Shown piece by piece: positions 1-9,613 of a stretch of DNA of 32,443 nt. The notes beneath the pieces were generated by a model. The model worked only from the letters and a program-made list of their open reading frames with translations, was not told where the DNA came from and did no database searches. This DNA comes from an uncultured bacterium (lineage in GTDB: Bacteria; CAZDME01; JAYEMH01). Every line of letters begins with the position of its first letter. The stretch's first letter is position 1. Location: contig CAZDME010000010.1 of NCBI GenBank assembly GCA_964506785.1, positions 1-32,443 of the forward strand, given 5' to 3'. The position numbers and the translations under genes are program-made.

Positions 1-211
1 TGTCCACGAGAATCTCCCCGTTCCGGTCACAAATGAGCCCGCGTTTTGCCGTAAGAGGAATCAAGCGAATGCTGTTATTTGTGGCTAACCGGCTGTATTT
101 GGCGCCACAGATTACCTGCAGAAAAAAAAGGAAGGGAATAATGATTAAGGGAGGAATCAGGCTCAGGCCGACTATTAATCTCGCTTTTTTAGCTGTGATT
201 AGCTCGTTCAT
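1..211 (-). CDS. mrdA: Penicillin-binding protein 2 (MrdA), N-terminal part, runs off the window edge
   Basis: Not in the ORF track. My translation from ATG at 211 gives MNELITAKKARLIVGLSLIPPLIIIPFLFFLQVICGAKYSRLATNNSIRLIPLTAKRGLICDRNGEILVD: a TM anchor plus the class B PBP motif LQV..G..Y..LA.NN.IR...A.RG.I.DRNG. It lies directly after mreD. Confidence 0.9.
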   Translation of the reverse strand, partial: MNELITAKKARLIVGLSLIPPLIIIPFLFFLQVICGAKYSRLATNNSIRLIPLTAKRGLICDRNGEILVD

Positions 212-683
212 TTTTTTTGGATATTTTTTTCATTAAGGGAAAAACGACCAACCCGACAATAAGGTTATAACTTATGTAAAATGCGATTTTAACCAAAATG
301 GCCAAAGAAAAAGGTTGGGGTGTTGCCGAGAATAGAAGAATAACCCAGGTAAAAATTCTGTCAAGTAAACTGAAAATAACGATAATTGCTGCCTGGGCGC
401 CAAGGCTTTCATATACCTTCCGGCCGATAAGACTTACGAGAAATCCGCATAGGACCTTGGAAAGGGCATTAGTTCCCAGGTTGACCGAGGAAAAGATATC
501 TTCTAATAATCCCCCTAAAAAACCGTAGGATATCCCCCGGTAACTTCCTTGAAAGAATCCGATGGCCAGAACGATTACTAAAATTAAGTCGGGCTTAACG
601 CCGAAAATTTTAAACCGGGAAAAAATTGTTACTTGAAGGATTAAACCGGCCGCAATAGCAAAGAATAAGATTATTTTTTTCAT
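189..683 (-). CDS. mreD: Rod shape-determining protein MreD
   Basis: 164 aa hydrophobic protein with KPDLILV and GLLEDIFS...G.NAL motifs; 4-nt overlap with mreC. Confidence 0.92.
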   Translation of the reverse strand: MKKIILFFAIAAGLILQVTIFSRFKIFGVKPDLILVIVLAIGFFQGSYRGISYGFLGGLLEDIFSSVNLGTNALSKVLCGFLVSLIGRKVYESLGAQAAIIVIFSLLDRIFTWVILLFSATPQPFSLAILVKIAFYISYNLIVGLVVFPLMKKISKKNERANHS

Positions 684-1498
684 TTTTCAGCGGTTATTAT
701 TACTACTTCCTCAAGATGGGAAAAATTTACCGTGGGGGTTACTCTTATTTGTTGAAAAAGTTCTGTTTCTCTTTTTTTTACTGAAACAACCTGACCGACT
801 CTCAAGCCTTTCGGGAAAACACCTCCTTGTCCGGAGGAAATAATCGCATCCCCCTCTTTCAGTTCTTCTCTTAAGGAAATATAGTTTAACTGGCACCAAA
901 AATCATTAGTCCCGGAAATAACCCCCTGGGTCCTATTTCGTTCGACCAGAACGGCTATCTGGCTATTGCTGTCGAGAATAGTCATTATTTTAGATTGATG
1001 CGGTGTCGTCTCGATAATCCGTCCGACTAATCCCAGGGGCGTAATCACCGGGAAATTACGCTTCACGCCATCGGCATTTCCTTTATCGATAAAAATAACT
1101 TTATTCCAATTAGTCGCATCGCGGCCGATAACCTGGGCAGAAATTAACTTCAGAGGAGTTTTTTCGGCAAAGCCATGCAGTCTTCTTAAACGCTTATTCT
1201 CCCGGGCCGTTTCTTGCCAGATGTCTCGTTCCGCCTCCAAATTGGCTATTTTTTCGGAAAGCAACCGGTTCTTTTTTTGAAGTTCCTTTAAATCTAATTC
1301 TTCCCTTTTAAGATCCAAAACATTCGGATTGATTTTAGAGGCTGCCCGTTGAAAGGGAGAAAAAAGAAAGATTACCTTATTCTTAATCGAACGCTGACAT
1401 TCAGGGCTCAGGAAAAGAAGCAGGAGACAAAGAAGGGAAAAAGCAATTAGGACTAAGCTCTTTTTTATTTTAATCAGGTGAGAGGAAAAGAAAAACAA
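680..1498 (-). CDS. mreC: Rod shape-determining protein MreC
   Basis: TM helix, coiled coil (ENKRLRRL), IDKGNADGV...GLVGRI and SGQGGVFPKGLRVG motifs; start codon uncertain. Confidence 0.95.
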   Translation of the reverse strand: MFFFSSHLIKIKKSLVLIAFSLLCLLLLFLSPECQRSIKNKVIFLFSPFQRAASKINPNVLDLKREELDLKELQKKNRLLSEKIANLEAERDIWQETARENKRLRRLHGFAEKTPLKLISAQVIGRDATNWNKVIFIDKGNADGVKRNFPVITPLGLVGRIIETTPHQSKIMTILDSNSQIAVLVERNRTQGVISGTNDFWCQLNYISLREELKEGDAIISSGQGGVFPKGLRVGQVVSVKKRETELFQQIRVTPTVNFSHLEEVVIITAEK

Positions 1499-1512
1499 AG
1501 GGATATAAAACC

Positions 1513-2559
1513 TTACCTATAAGTTCCTTCTTTTATACTGGCTTTAAGCTTTTTTAAAAGATTAATTTCATCCAAAACCTTTCCTGCTCCCAGAACCACC
1601 GCGGTTAAAGGATCCTCGGCAATATGAACGGGAAGATTCGTTTCTTCCGATATTAGTTTATCAATCCCGCGGAGAAGGGCCCCCCCGCCGGCCAGGACCA
1701 ACCCCCGGTCGACTATATCCGATGAAAGCTCCGGAGGTGTTTGTTCCAGGGTGACCTTGACTGCTTCGACGATACCGGCCACCGGTTCGCTTAACGATTC
1801 TCGTATTTCTTCGGAAGTAATGGTAATCGTTTTAGGAAGCCCGGCTACCAGGTCCCTCCCTTTTACTTCCATGGTCATTTCTTCGGTCAAGGGATAGGCG
1901 GAGCCGATTTTAATCTTTATATCTTCGGAGGTTCTTTCCCCAACCATCAAATTATACGCCCGTTTTAAATATTGAATAATGGCATCGTCCATCTCATCTC
2001 CTCCGACGCGGATACTTTTGCTGCAGACAATTCCCGCCAGAGAAATAACGGCTACTTCGGTTGTTCCTCCGCCGATATCGATAATAATGTTTCCCGCCGG
2101 CTCAACTACCGGCAGGCCCACGCCAATAGCCGCCGCCATTGGCTCTTCGATTAGATAAACCTCGCGGGCGCCGGCATGTTCTGCCGAATCTTTAACCGCC
2201 CGTTTCTCGACTTCGGTAATCCCTGAAGGGATAGCCACAATCACCCGGGGGCGCACTAAAGTGCGGCGGTTATGGACTTTGGTGATAAAATAACGCAGCA
2301 TACTTTCGGTGATTTCAAAATCGGCGATTACTCCATCCTGAAGAGGTCTGATTGCCACCACGCTCCCCGGGGTTCTCCCGAGCATCCTTTTGGCTTCATT
2401 TCCAACCGCCAGAACCATATTTGTCCCTTTTTGTATGGCTACTACCGAAGGTTCGCAAAGAACAATACCCTGCCCTTTAACATAAACTAAAGTGTTGGCC
2501 GTTCCCAGATCAATACCCATATCTCTTGAGAAAAGCCCTAATAGATAATCAAAAATCAT
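1513..2559 (-). CDS. mreB: Rod shape-determining actin-like ATPase MreB
   Basis: [30 protein letters not shown] and [10 protein letters not shown] motifs. Confidence 0.99.
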   Translation of the reverse strand: MIFDYLLGLFSRDMGIDLGTANTLVYVKGQGIVLCEPSVVAIQKGTNMVLAVGNEAKRMLGRTPGSVVAIRPLQDGVIADFEITESMLRYFITKVHNRRTLVRPRVIVAIPSGITEVEKRAVKDSAEHAGAREVYLIEEPMAAAIGVGLPVVEPAGNIIIDIGGGTTEVAVISLAGIVCSKSIRVGGDEMDDAIIQYLKRAYNLMVGERTSEDIKIKIGSAYPLTEEMTMEVKGRDLVAGLPKTITITSEEIRESLSEPVAGIVEAVKVTLEQTPPELSSDIVDRGLVLAGGGALLRGIDKLISEETNLPVHIAEDPLTAVVLGAGKVLDEINLLKKLKASIKEGTYR

Positions 2560-2562
2560 TTT

Positions 2563-3309
2563 TTACTCAGTCCTTTGAATGCTTTTGACGGTGTCGGTCT
2601 CTGATACCTGTTTATTCTGTTTGATTATTTTCACCACCGAGGTATTTTCATATAGCTTAAGGATTTTTCCCTGGGCAATATTTTCTTCGCCTCGGAAAAA
2701 ACCCAAAAGTATATTTTCCGGCAGGCCTTTTTTCATTCCTAAACTGATTACCGCATATCCATAGTCGTTATCTACGGCTAAAACTTCACCCTGCCAGGAC
2801 GGGCTTTCTTGAACGACGATTTTATCTAAGGTTATCTGGGTTTCGTTTTCTCCCGCATTCCCCAGCCGGGCCAGCAACGATTTATTTTTTTCCATGAGAT
2901 TAGAGAGGCGTTGTTCTAATTTATCTTTTTCCTCTTTGACCTGGCTTACTCTTTTTTCAAGAAGCTTCCGCATATCTTTTAATTTCGAAAAATTACTTTC
3001 CAGAACAGTTCTTTCTTCTTTTACCTCGGTCAGTTCCTGGATAAGGTTACTGACTTGTGTTTCTTTCTTTTCCAGGTTCAGGCTATATTCAAGCTTCATA
3101 TCCTTAATACTCTGGTTTAACTGGTTGATAGTCATCTCTTTTTTGTTCAGGGTCGATTCTAATGTTGTTTTTTCTTCAAGCAGAGTCTGGAGCTCGTTTT
3201 CCAGGGTTAATCTTTTTTCATTCTCCTGGTAGTACATTACGCCTAATCCAATACAGGCAAACGACAACAATATAGCTAAAATTATACCTACTTGTCCCCA
3301 TTTAGTCAT
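2563..3309 (-). CDS. Membrane-anchored coiled-coil protein with a C-terminal beta domain (hypothetical)
   Basis: N-terminal TM helix, about 120 aa of heptad coiled coil, C-terminal GEVLAVD...AVISLGMKKGL; strong RBS (AAGGAGGGGG); 3 nt upstream of mreB. Confidence 0.85.
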   Translation of the reverse strand: MTKWGQVGIILAILLSFACIGLGVMYYQENEKRLTLENELQTLLEEKTTLESTLNKKEMTINQLNQSIKDMKLEYSLNLEKKETQVSNLIQELTEVKEERTVLESNFSKLKDMRKLLEKRVSQVKEEKDKLEQRLSNLMEKNKSLLARLGNAGENETQITLDKIVVQESPSWQGEVLAVDNDYGYAVISLGMKKGLPENILLGFFRGEENIAQGKILKLYENTSVVKIIKQNKQVSETDTVKSIQRTE

Positions 3310-3337
3310 CTAACCCCCTCCTTTGTAACTGGCGGCT

Positions 3338-3366
3338 ACTATAGCATAGTAATAACAGTTTGTAAA
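3338..3366 (-). promoter_or_regulatory. Putative sigma70 promoter of the coiled-coil/mreBCD-mrdA operon
   Basis: Minus strand TTTACA-17 nt-TATAGT with an extended TG. Confidence 0.6.
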
Positions 3367-3392
3367 GGAATTTTTAAAGCCTCCTTTTTTTC

Positions 3393-3421
3393 TTGAAGTT
3401 CAACCCGAAATAAGGTAGTAT
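3393..3421 (+). promoter_or_regulatory. Putative divergent sigma70 promoter for the SurA-N gene
   Basis: TTGAAG-17 nt-TAGTAT; moderate match to consensus. Confidence 0.4.
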
Positions 3422-3478
3422 AGGAGTATCGCTTGAATTTTTCCTATTTTAGAACATTGCAAATAACGGAGGGAAAAG

Positions 3479-4102
3479 GTGCTTTTGCGAAAAATGCGAA
3501 AAAAGGTTAAAGTGATTATGTGGTTCACTTTGCTTCTTATTGTCCCGGCTTTCATCTGGTGGGGCATAGGTTCGACTACGGCTTCAAGAAAGAATCTACT
3601 TGCCAAGGTCGACGGCATTCCGATTACCCTGGACCAGTTTTCTCAAGCCTTTAATCTGCTTTATAACCGTTACGCCCTGTTATTCTCCAGCCTGGGCGAA
3701 GACGAATTTCGGGAAAAGATTCGAGGCCTTAATATCGAAAAACAAACTTTCTCTTTCCTCATCGAAAATATCCTTTTGCAAAGAGAGATAAAAAAACGGC
3801 AGATTAAGATAAGCGACGATGAAGTTGCCGGGGCAATTAGGAAAGAACCGTTTTTCCTCAATCCCGATGGCGCTTTTGACAAAGGGAAATTTACGCGGGC
3901 TATCGAAAATGTTCCCGAAGGTCAATGGCAGATTTGGGAGGATCAGGTGCGTTCCAGGCTCGCCTTGGAAAAGCTGAAAAACCAAATTATTGCTCAGGCC
4001 GCTCCCGGGGATAAAGAAACAGCCTATGCTGCCTGGCTGAGTAATTTAAAGAGCCAGGCGAAAATTGTCCAGAAAAACGAACTGCCCGAATTAGTCGAAT
4101 AA
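3479..4102 (+). CDS. SurA N-terminal domain protein (PpiD/SurA-like chaperone, no PPIase domain)
   Basis: GTG start after GGAGG; MLLRKMRK..IMW TM anchor, AKVDG..I, ISDDEV..AI...PFF...G.FD...F motifs as in PpiD N-termini. Confidence 0.85.
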   Translation: MLLRKMRKKVKVIMWFTLLLIVPAFIWWGIGSTTASRKNLLAKVDGIPITLDQFSQAFNLLYNRYALLFSSLGEDEFREKIRGLNIEKQTFSFLIENILLQREIKKRQIKISDDEVAGAIRKEPFFLNPDGAFDKGKFTRAIENVPEGQWQIWEDQVRSRLALEKLKNQIIAQAAPGDKETAYAAWLSNLKSQAKIVQKNELPELVE

Positions 4103-4116
4103 AATATCCGGGAACC

Positions 4117-4383
4117 TCAGATTTTTCTAAAGATAAAAACCGCCGATAGAATTCCCAGCGCGCTGCAAACGTTAATTTTCAGATTGAATCCGAAAGTCAA
4201 GGTTAAAACAATTAGATTCCAGGTGCTCGGGACTAAAGAAAGGTTTGGTCCCTGGACGAAAAACTGATGGATTTTCCCTGCCGGCATTATTATCCCGATA
4301 ATTTCGCCGATTAATCCGCCTAAAATCGCTCCGATGATAATAATCAGCAAGAGCAGCCCCAAGTTTTTGCCTACCCTAAACAT
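4117..4383 (-). CDS. DUF4321-like small membrane protein
   Basis: Likely start MFRVGKN at 4383, 1 nt after the rnfB stop; IIGAILGGLIGE and LTFGFNLKIN..S.LG pattern. Confidence 0.7.
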   Translation of the reverse strand: MFRVGKNLGLLLLIIIIGAILGGLIGEIIGIIMPAGKIHQFFVQGPNLSLVPSTWNLIVLTLTFGFNLKINVCSALGILSAVFIFRKI

Positions 4384-4384
4384 T

Positions 4385-5260
4385 CTATTTTTTCTCCTTT
4401 TCTTTTTTGAATTCAAAATTACTCTGGACGAATTTATCCATAGAAATTTCCCTTTCTTTCCGCCCGGGGACATTTTTAACCAGCCAGATGCTATGGGTGG
4501 GGCATTTTTTTACGCATTCACCGCAGGCGACGCAGATATTCGGATTTATCCGGGGCAGATTATTTTCCAGAACAATCGCTCCCACCGGGCAAACCTTAAC
4601 GCAAAGGCCGCAGCCAATACAGCCAACTTCACAGACCTCTTTTACCTGTTTCGCTTTATCTTGGGAACGACAAAGGACAAAAATCCGCTGCGTTCGTGGG
4701 ACCAGTTCGATAATTTCCCGGGGGCAACTTTCTACACACCGGCCGCAGCCAACGCATTTATTTTCATCGATTTTCGGCAGGTCGTTTTCCCTCATTGATA
4801 TCGCCCCGAAGGGACAGCTGGCCACACAGGTTCCTAAACCTAAGCATCCGTAGATACAGCCTTTTTTCCCTCCGGCGGTCAAGAGAGCCGCCCGGCAGTC
4901 TTTTATCCCCTGATAATCGAATTTTTCTTTGGCTTCTTTATTTCCGCCGCGGCAGCGGATTAAAGCAATTTGTTTTTCCCTGATTACCAGCTCTACCCCC
5001 ATTATTTTTGCGATTTTCCGGGAGACATCTTCTCCTCCGACACAGCAAAGGTCAGGGGCAACTTTACCCTCGGTGACGGCCTCGGCATAGGCGCGGCATC
5101 CCGCAAAACCGCAGGCGCCGGAATTACCTCCGGGAAGAATTTCTAAAATTCTTTCTGACCTTGGGTCGTTTTTGACCGCCAGTTTTTTGTAAGCCAGGCT
5201 CAGGCCCAAGCCCATCATTAAACCCAAACCGCCCAGTATTACTGCCGAGAGAAGTATCAT
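4385..5260 (-). CDS. rnfB: Rnf complex subunit B (polyferredoxin)
   Basis: TM anchor, LPGGN(S)GACGFAGC Fe-S domain, several CxxCxxCxxxCP motifs; last gene of rnfCDGEAB. Confidence 0.95.
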   Translation of the reverse strand: MILLSAVILGGLGLMMGLGLSLAYKKLAVKNDPRSERILEILPGGNSGACGFAGCRAYAEAVTEGKVAPDLCCVGGEDVSRKIAKIMGVELVIREKQIALIRCRGGNKEAKEKFDYQGIKDCRAALLTAGGKKGCIYGCLGLGTCVASCPFGAISMRENDLPKIDENKCVGCGRCVESCPREIIELVPRTQRIFVLCRSQDKAKQVKEVCEVGCIGCGLCVKVCPVGAIVLENNLPRINPNICVACGECVKKCPTHSIWLVKNVPGRKEREISMDKFVQSNFEFKKEKEKK

Positions 5261-5337
5261 ATCGAAATGTCGTTAACCGAAAAAGTAATTTTTTTTACAA
5301 AGTATTAAAACTTTTCTTTATACACGTTCCAGGCCGT

Positions 5338-5943
5338 CTACAGCCCAAACAATCCTTGGAAGCCCAGAAAAGTCAAAGCCAGGAGGCTGGCAGTTATAAA
5401 AATAATGGGATGCTCTTTAAATACATCCGGAATCGGCGCTAAAATTATTTTTTCCCGCAGGCTGGCAAAAATGACAATGACAACGGTATAGCCGACTCCG
5501 GTAGAAAAACTGTAAACCAGGGTTCTAAACAAACTCAGGGAATAATCTATGGAGAGAAAAGCCACCGCCAGAATCGCGCAGTTAGTCGTAATTAAAGGCA
5601 GATAAATACCCATGGCCTGGTAAAGCGCCGGGCTGAAGCGACGGATTACCATCTCTTCCAGCTGCACCAGGGTAGCAATGGCCAGGATAAATGAAGCTGT
5701 TCTAAGGAAAGTCAGGTCAAGGTGAAAGATTGAAGTTTCCGGGGCAAGGAGAAAATAATAGATTAACCACCCGGTTAAGGAGGCTATTACCATGACGAAG
5801 ATAACCGCCAGGCCCATTCCCAGCGAAGTTTTCATCTCTTTAGAAACGCCAAAAAAACCGCAGAGTCCCAGGAAACGCATTAAGAGGATGTTATTTATCA
5901 ATATGGCGTTTAAGGCAAGCAGGAAGATATTCAACTCATTCAT
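5338..5943 (-). CDS. rnfA: Rnf complex subunit A
   Basis: NNILL.RFLGLC and GIYLPLITTNCAIL motifs. Confidence 0.96.
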   Translation of the reverse strand: MNELNIFLLALNAILINNILLMRFLGLCGFFGVSKEMKTSLGMGLAVIFVMVIASLTGWLIYYFLLAPETSIFHLDLTFLRTASFILAIATLVQLEEMVIRRFSPALYQAMGIYLPLITTNCAILAVAFLSIDYSLSLFRTLVYSFSTGVGYTVVIVIFASLREKIILAPIPDVFKEHPIIFITASLLALTFLGFQGLFGL

Positions 5944-6563
5944 ATTATCGTTTTCCCTTTCAGGCGCTTAAGCCCGGCGATAAGAAAACCGATGGTCAAA
6001 AAAGCTCCGGGTGGTAAAATCATCAATGCTGCCGGGGAAAATCCGCTTCCCAGCAAATTTATTTTAAACGGCGGGATAAAAAGAAAAGGCGCCGGATTGG
6101 CAATTGCTCCGGTGCCCAGCACTTCTCTAATCAAACCGATAACCGAGATTGCCAATAAAAACCCTATTCCCATGCCCAAGCCGTCAATTAAAGAATTTAA
6201 AAGAGTATTTTTAGAAGCAAAGGCTTCGGCCCGTCCCAGGATGATACAGTTTACTACAATCAGGGGCACAAAAACCCCCAGTGATTTATAAAGCGAAGGT
6301 AGATAGGCATGCATGGTATAATCGGTTATAGTAACGAAAGTAGAGATAATAATGATAAATACCGGAATTCTAATCTGGCTGGGAATAATCCGCCGGATTA
6401 AGGAAATGGACATATTAGAACAGATTAAGACAAATATAGTGGCCAATCCCATCCCGAAGGCATCGCGGAGAGTCGTTGAGCAGGCAAGGATTGGGCAAAG
6501 GCCGATCATTAAAATCAAAACCGGATTTTCCCAAATAATTCCTCTTTTAAAAATATTTTTCAC
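5940..6563 (-). CDS. rnfE: Rnf complex subunit E
   Basis: ENPV...IGLCP.LA, PLIVVNCIILGRAE and LPPGAF motifs; GTG start. Confidence 0.96.
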   Translation of the reverse strand: MKNIFKRGIIWENPVLILMIGLCPILACSTTLRDAFGMGLATIFVLICSNMSISLIRRIIPSQIRIPVFIIIISTFVTITDYTMHAYLPSLYKSLGVFVPLIVVNCIILGRAEAFASKNTLLNSLIDGLGMGIGFLLAISVIGLIREVLGTGAIANPAPFLFIPPFKINLLGSGFSPAALMILPPGAFLTIGFLIAGLKRLKGKTII

Positions 6564-6589
6564 TTTCGCCTCTTACTTTCTATTTCTAC

Positions 6590-6629
6590 CCTGATCCCCT
6601 GATTACCCGATCTCCTGATTACCTGATCC
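6590..6629. repeat. Five tandem imperfect 8-mers (consensus CCTGATYM)
   Basis: cctgatcc cctgatta cccgatct cctgatta cctgatcc in the rnfG-rnfE intergenic region. Confidence 0.85.
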
Positions 6630-6663
6630 CAAAAACTTGCACCTCGTAGGTGCAAGTTTTTGG
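6629..6663. repeat. Perfect inverted repeat, 16-bp arms and 3-nt loop
   Basis: ccaaaaacttgcacct-cgt-aggtgcaagtttttgg. Confidence 0.9.
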
Positions 6664-6672
6664 TGCAAGGTT

Positions 6673-7227
6673 TTATTCGTTCTTTCTTAATTTTTCCTTT
6701 AAATTTTCCTCAAAAAATATTACCGCCTCTTTAAACCCTTTGGTAACCGCCCGGGAAGAGATGGTTGCCGAGGTCACCGCCTCGATTTTCCCTTGAGACG
6801 GTTCGTCCTTAATTAAGCCGAGTTCATCCTTATTTTTCCCTTTAAATTGCCCCAAAAAAACCGGCTCCAATATTTTCGCCCCTAACCCGGGAGTTTCATT
6901 TTGTTCTAAAATTTGAAAATTTGAAACCGTCCCGTCCAAATCCAGGCCGACTAACATTTTTATTTTTCCGCCGTAACCGGCGGCGCTTACGGGAATTATC
7001 ACTCCGATTAAATTTTCATCCGCGCCGAAAGCGAGAAAATACGGCTGCTTGCCGATTTTCCCCTCATCGAATCGTTCTCCTTCGAGAAATATTTTTTTAA
7101 GAAAATTATCTGCCCGGCTTTGGCCGGCAATTTTGTCTTTTGTCTGCCGAAAAACCTGGGCTAAACAAAAAGCCGAGATAAAGCAGATAATCCCTAAGAG
7201 TAAGCTGGTACGGATAATCTTAAGCAT
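6673..7227 (-). CDS. rnfG: Rnf complex subunit G (FMN-binding)
   Basis: GYGG.I, ETPGLG and FMN-attachment-like AVTSATISS motif; start placed at MLKII (7227), overlapping the rnfD stop. Confidence 0.94.
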   Translation of the reverse strand: MLKIIRTSLLLGIICFISAFCLAQVFRQTKDKIAGQSRADNFLKKIFLEGERFDEGKIGKQPYFLAFGADENLIGVIIPVSAAGYGGKIKMLVGLDLDGTVSNFQILEQNETPGLGAKILEPVFLGQFKGKNKDELGLIKDEPSQGKIEAVTSATISSRAVTKGFKEAVIFFEENLKEKLRKNE

Positions 7228-8179
7228 ATTTTCCCTTTCCAAAAAGGCGGGGCTGGGTATATCGTTCAATCAAAGGGGTAAGGGCATTCATGAAAAGAAT
7301 GGCAAACGCGACCCCCTCAGGGAAGCTACCCCAAAATCTGATTAAAGAGGTAACTAAACCGCAGCCGATGCCAAAGAAAATTTTTCCTCTGGGGGTAATG
7401 GGCGAAGTAACGTAATCAGTGGCCATAAAGATTGCCCCCAGCATTAAACCGCCGCTCAAAAGATTGAATAAGGCCGAACCGTGCCCGGGAAAAACCAGGC
7501 TCATAATAACTACCGTGCCTAAAAAACATCCGGGAATCCGCCAGGAAATTTGTCTTCTGAGGAGAAGATATAATCCGCCAAGGAGAAGACAAAAAGTCGA
7601 TGTTTCCCCTAAAGAGCCGCTGATATTTCCCCAGAAAAGGGCGCCATAATCAGGCAGTTTTTGGGCCGTCTCAGTTAAACCTTTGGCGATGGCTAAAGGC
7701 GTAGCCCCGGTTATTCCTTCAATAGCCGCTTTCCAGTTGGAGCGGGGTATCACCCATGTACTCATCTGGGCCGGCCAGGCAATATTCAAAACGGCCCGTC
7801 CGACTAGGGCCGGGTTAAAGAGGTTATACCCTAAGCCTCCGTAGATTTGCTTTCCCAGAATAATAGCCGTTGCCCCGCCAAAAAAACTCAGCCAGACCGG
7901 CAGTCCCGGCGGCAGACATAAAGCCAGAAGAATGCCGGTTAATAAGGCGCTGTTATCTTTGATAGAAACCGGCATTTTTCTGAGTTTCTGAAAAATAATT
8001 TCCGTTAAGAGTGTTGCCGAAACCGTGGACATTATTACTTTAACTGCCTGCCAGCCAAAAAAATAGATACTGGCGCAGACTGCCGGCAACAGGGCTAAAA
8101 TAACCTCCATCATAATAATTGGCGTTGTCAGCCGCGATTGAATATGAGGAGAAACGGAAACTAACAGTTTTTCTTTCAT
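7220..8179 (-). CDS. rnfD: Rnf complex subunit D
   Basis: SPHI, KQIYGGLGYNLFNPA, ITGATPL (FMN-Thr), GSLGETS and FMATDYVTSP motifs. Confidence 0.97.
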   Translation of the reverse strand: MKEKLLVSVSPHIQSRLTTPIIMMEVILALLPAVCASIYFFGWQAVKVIMSTVSATLLTEIIFQKLRKMPVSIKDNSALLTGILLALCLPPGLPVWLSFFGGATAIILGKQIYGGLGYNLFNPALVGRAVLNIAWPAQMSTWVIPRSNWKAAIEGITGATPLAIAKGLTETAQKLPDYGALFWGNISGSLGETSTFCLLLGGLYLLLRRQISWRIPGCFLGTVVIMSLVFPGHGSALFNLLSGGLMLGAIFMATDYVTSPITPRGKIFFGIGCGLVTSLIRFWGSFPEGVAFAILFMNALTPLIERYTQPRLFGKGKYA

Positions 8180-8215
8180 ATTAAAGAGACAGTTTTCGCC
8201 GGCATCTATTTTTTT

Positions 8216-9553
8216 CTATAGTTTATTTTTAAGTTTCGCCAGCTCACACTTGGCAAATTTAATCCAGTGCACCAAAGGAATACCCGAAGGGCAATTATAG
8301 GCGCAGGCCCCGCATTCCATACAATCACAGAGATGATACTCCTCTGTTTTCTCCCAGAGGTTATTGCGGGCAAAAAGAGCGATTTTATTAGGCATTAAGT
8401 TAACCGGACAAACCTCTGAACAGCGGCCGCATTGAATACAAGGAAACTCTTCTTTAGTCATGACCATTTCTTCGGAGAAGACCAAAATGCCCGAAGAACC
8501 CTTGATTATCGGTACATCTAAGGTATACTGGGCAAAACCCATCATCGGTCCGCCCATAATTATTTTTTTTGGTTCCTTTTTTAAGCCGCCGCTTTTATCG
8601 ATTAACTCCCGGACGGTAGTCCCGATTCTCACCCAGAAGTTCCCCGGGTTATTAACCGCTCCGTCTAAAGTAACCACCCGTTCGATTAGAGGCGTATCTT
8701 CATAAAAAGCCTGATAAACGGCATAAGCTGTCGCCGCGTTGCTGACAATTACCCCGACCTGATATGGGAATGTTCCCGAAGGAACTTCTCGATTTAAAAC
8801 TGCCTGTATCAACTGTTTCTCTGCTCCTTGAGGATATTTGACCTTTAAGACCACCACCTCCAAACCTGGCTCCTGTATGGTTATTTTTCGAAAGACCTTA
8901 ACCGCTTCCGGTTTATTTCCCTCGATGGCAATATAGCCTTTTTCCACTTCAACTGCCTGCATTAACAGTTTAAATCCTTTAACTATCTCCCGGGTTTTTT
9001 CCACCATTAATCGTTGGTCACAGGTCAGGTAGGGTTCGCATTCTGCTCCGTTTAGAATATAGGCATCGATTTTTTTATCTTTTGGGGGAGAAAGTTTTAT
9101 ATGCGTGGGAAAAGCCGCTCCGCCCAAACCGACAATTCCGTTTTCTTTGACAGTTTGAATAATTTCTTCCGGAGCCAAAGGCGACAAATCGGTTTTTGTT
9201 TCTTTTTGGAATAAATCAATTTCCCTCTCCTCGCTTTCAATAACCATTGCCTTTCCCTGGCCTTTAAGCGGGTGAGGCATCTCTTTTATCTGGGTAATTC
9301 GTCCCGTAATCGGGGCATGAATAGAGGCTGAACATTCCCCGGCCGATTCGGCAATTTTTGTCCCGGCCAAAACCTCATCCCCTGTTTTATATAAAGGCCG
9401 GGCAGATCTGCCCAGGTGTTGGTCTAAAGGAATAATTACCTTAGTCGGCAGAGGCAGACGCTCTATGGCTTTATTGGCGGTTTTAGCCTTAAAAGCCCGG
9501 GGAAGTTTTATTCCCCCCTTAAAACTTAAAAAATCACTGGTTTGGATAGCCAT
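8216..9553 (-). CDS. rnfC: Rnf complex subunit C
   Basis: GIVGLGGAAFPT, NGAECEPYLT.D, YPQGAEK, GGPMMG and two 4Fe-4S motifs. Confidence 0.98.
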   Translation of the reverse strand: MAIQTSDFLSFKGGIKLPRAFKAKTANKAIERLPLPTKVIIPLDQHLGRSARPLYKTGDEVLAGTKIAESAGECSASIHAPITGRITQIKEMPHPLKGQGKAMVIESEEREIDLFQKETKTDLSPLAPEEIIQTVKENGIVGLGGAAFPTHIKLSPPKDKKIDAYILNGAECEPYLTCDQRLMVEKTREIVKGFKLLMQAVEVEKGYIAIEGNKPEAVKVFRKITIQEPGLEVVVLKVKYPQGAEKQLIQAVLNREVPSGTFPYQVGVIVSNAATAYAVYQAFYEDTPLIERVVTLDGAVNNPGNFWVRIGTTVRELIDKSGGLKKEPKKIIMGGPMMGFAQYTLDVPIIKGSSGILVFSEEMVMTKEEFPCIQCGRCSEVCPVNLMPNKIALFARNNLWEKTEEYHLCDCMECGACAYNCPSGIPLVHWIKFAKCELAKLKNKL

Positions 9554-9613
9554 TTTTTAAACTGCCGGATAAATTTCCTTTAACGGTTATTGCCTTTGAG
9601 GTAGGAGTTAGTT

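Noticed and set aside
6590-6663. CRISPR array or IS end
   Set aside because: The units are 8 nt without spacers, and there is no cas or transposase gene in the window.
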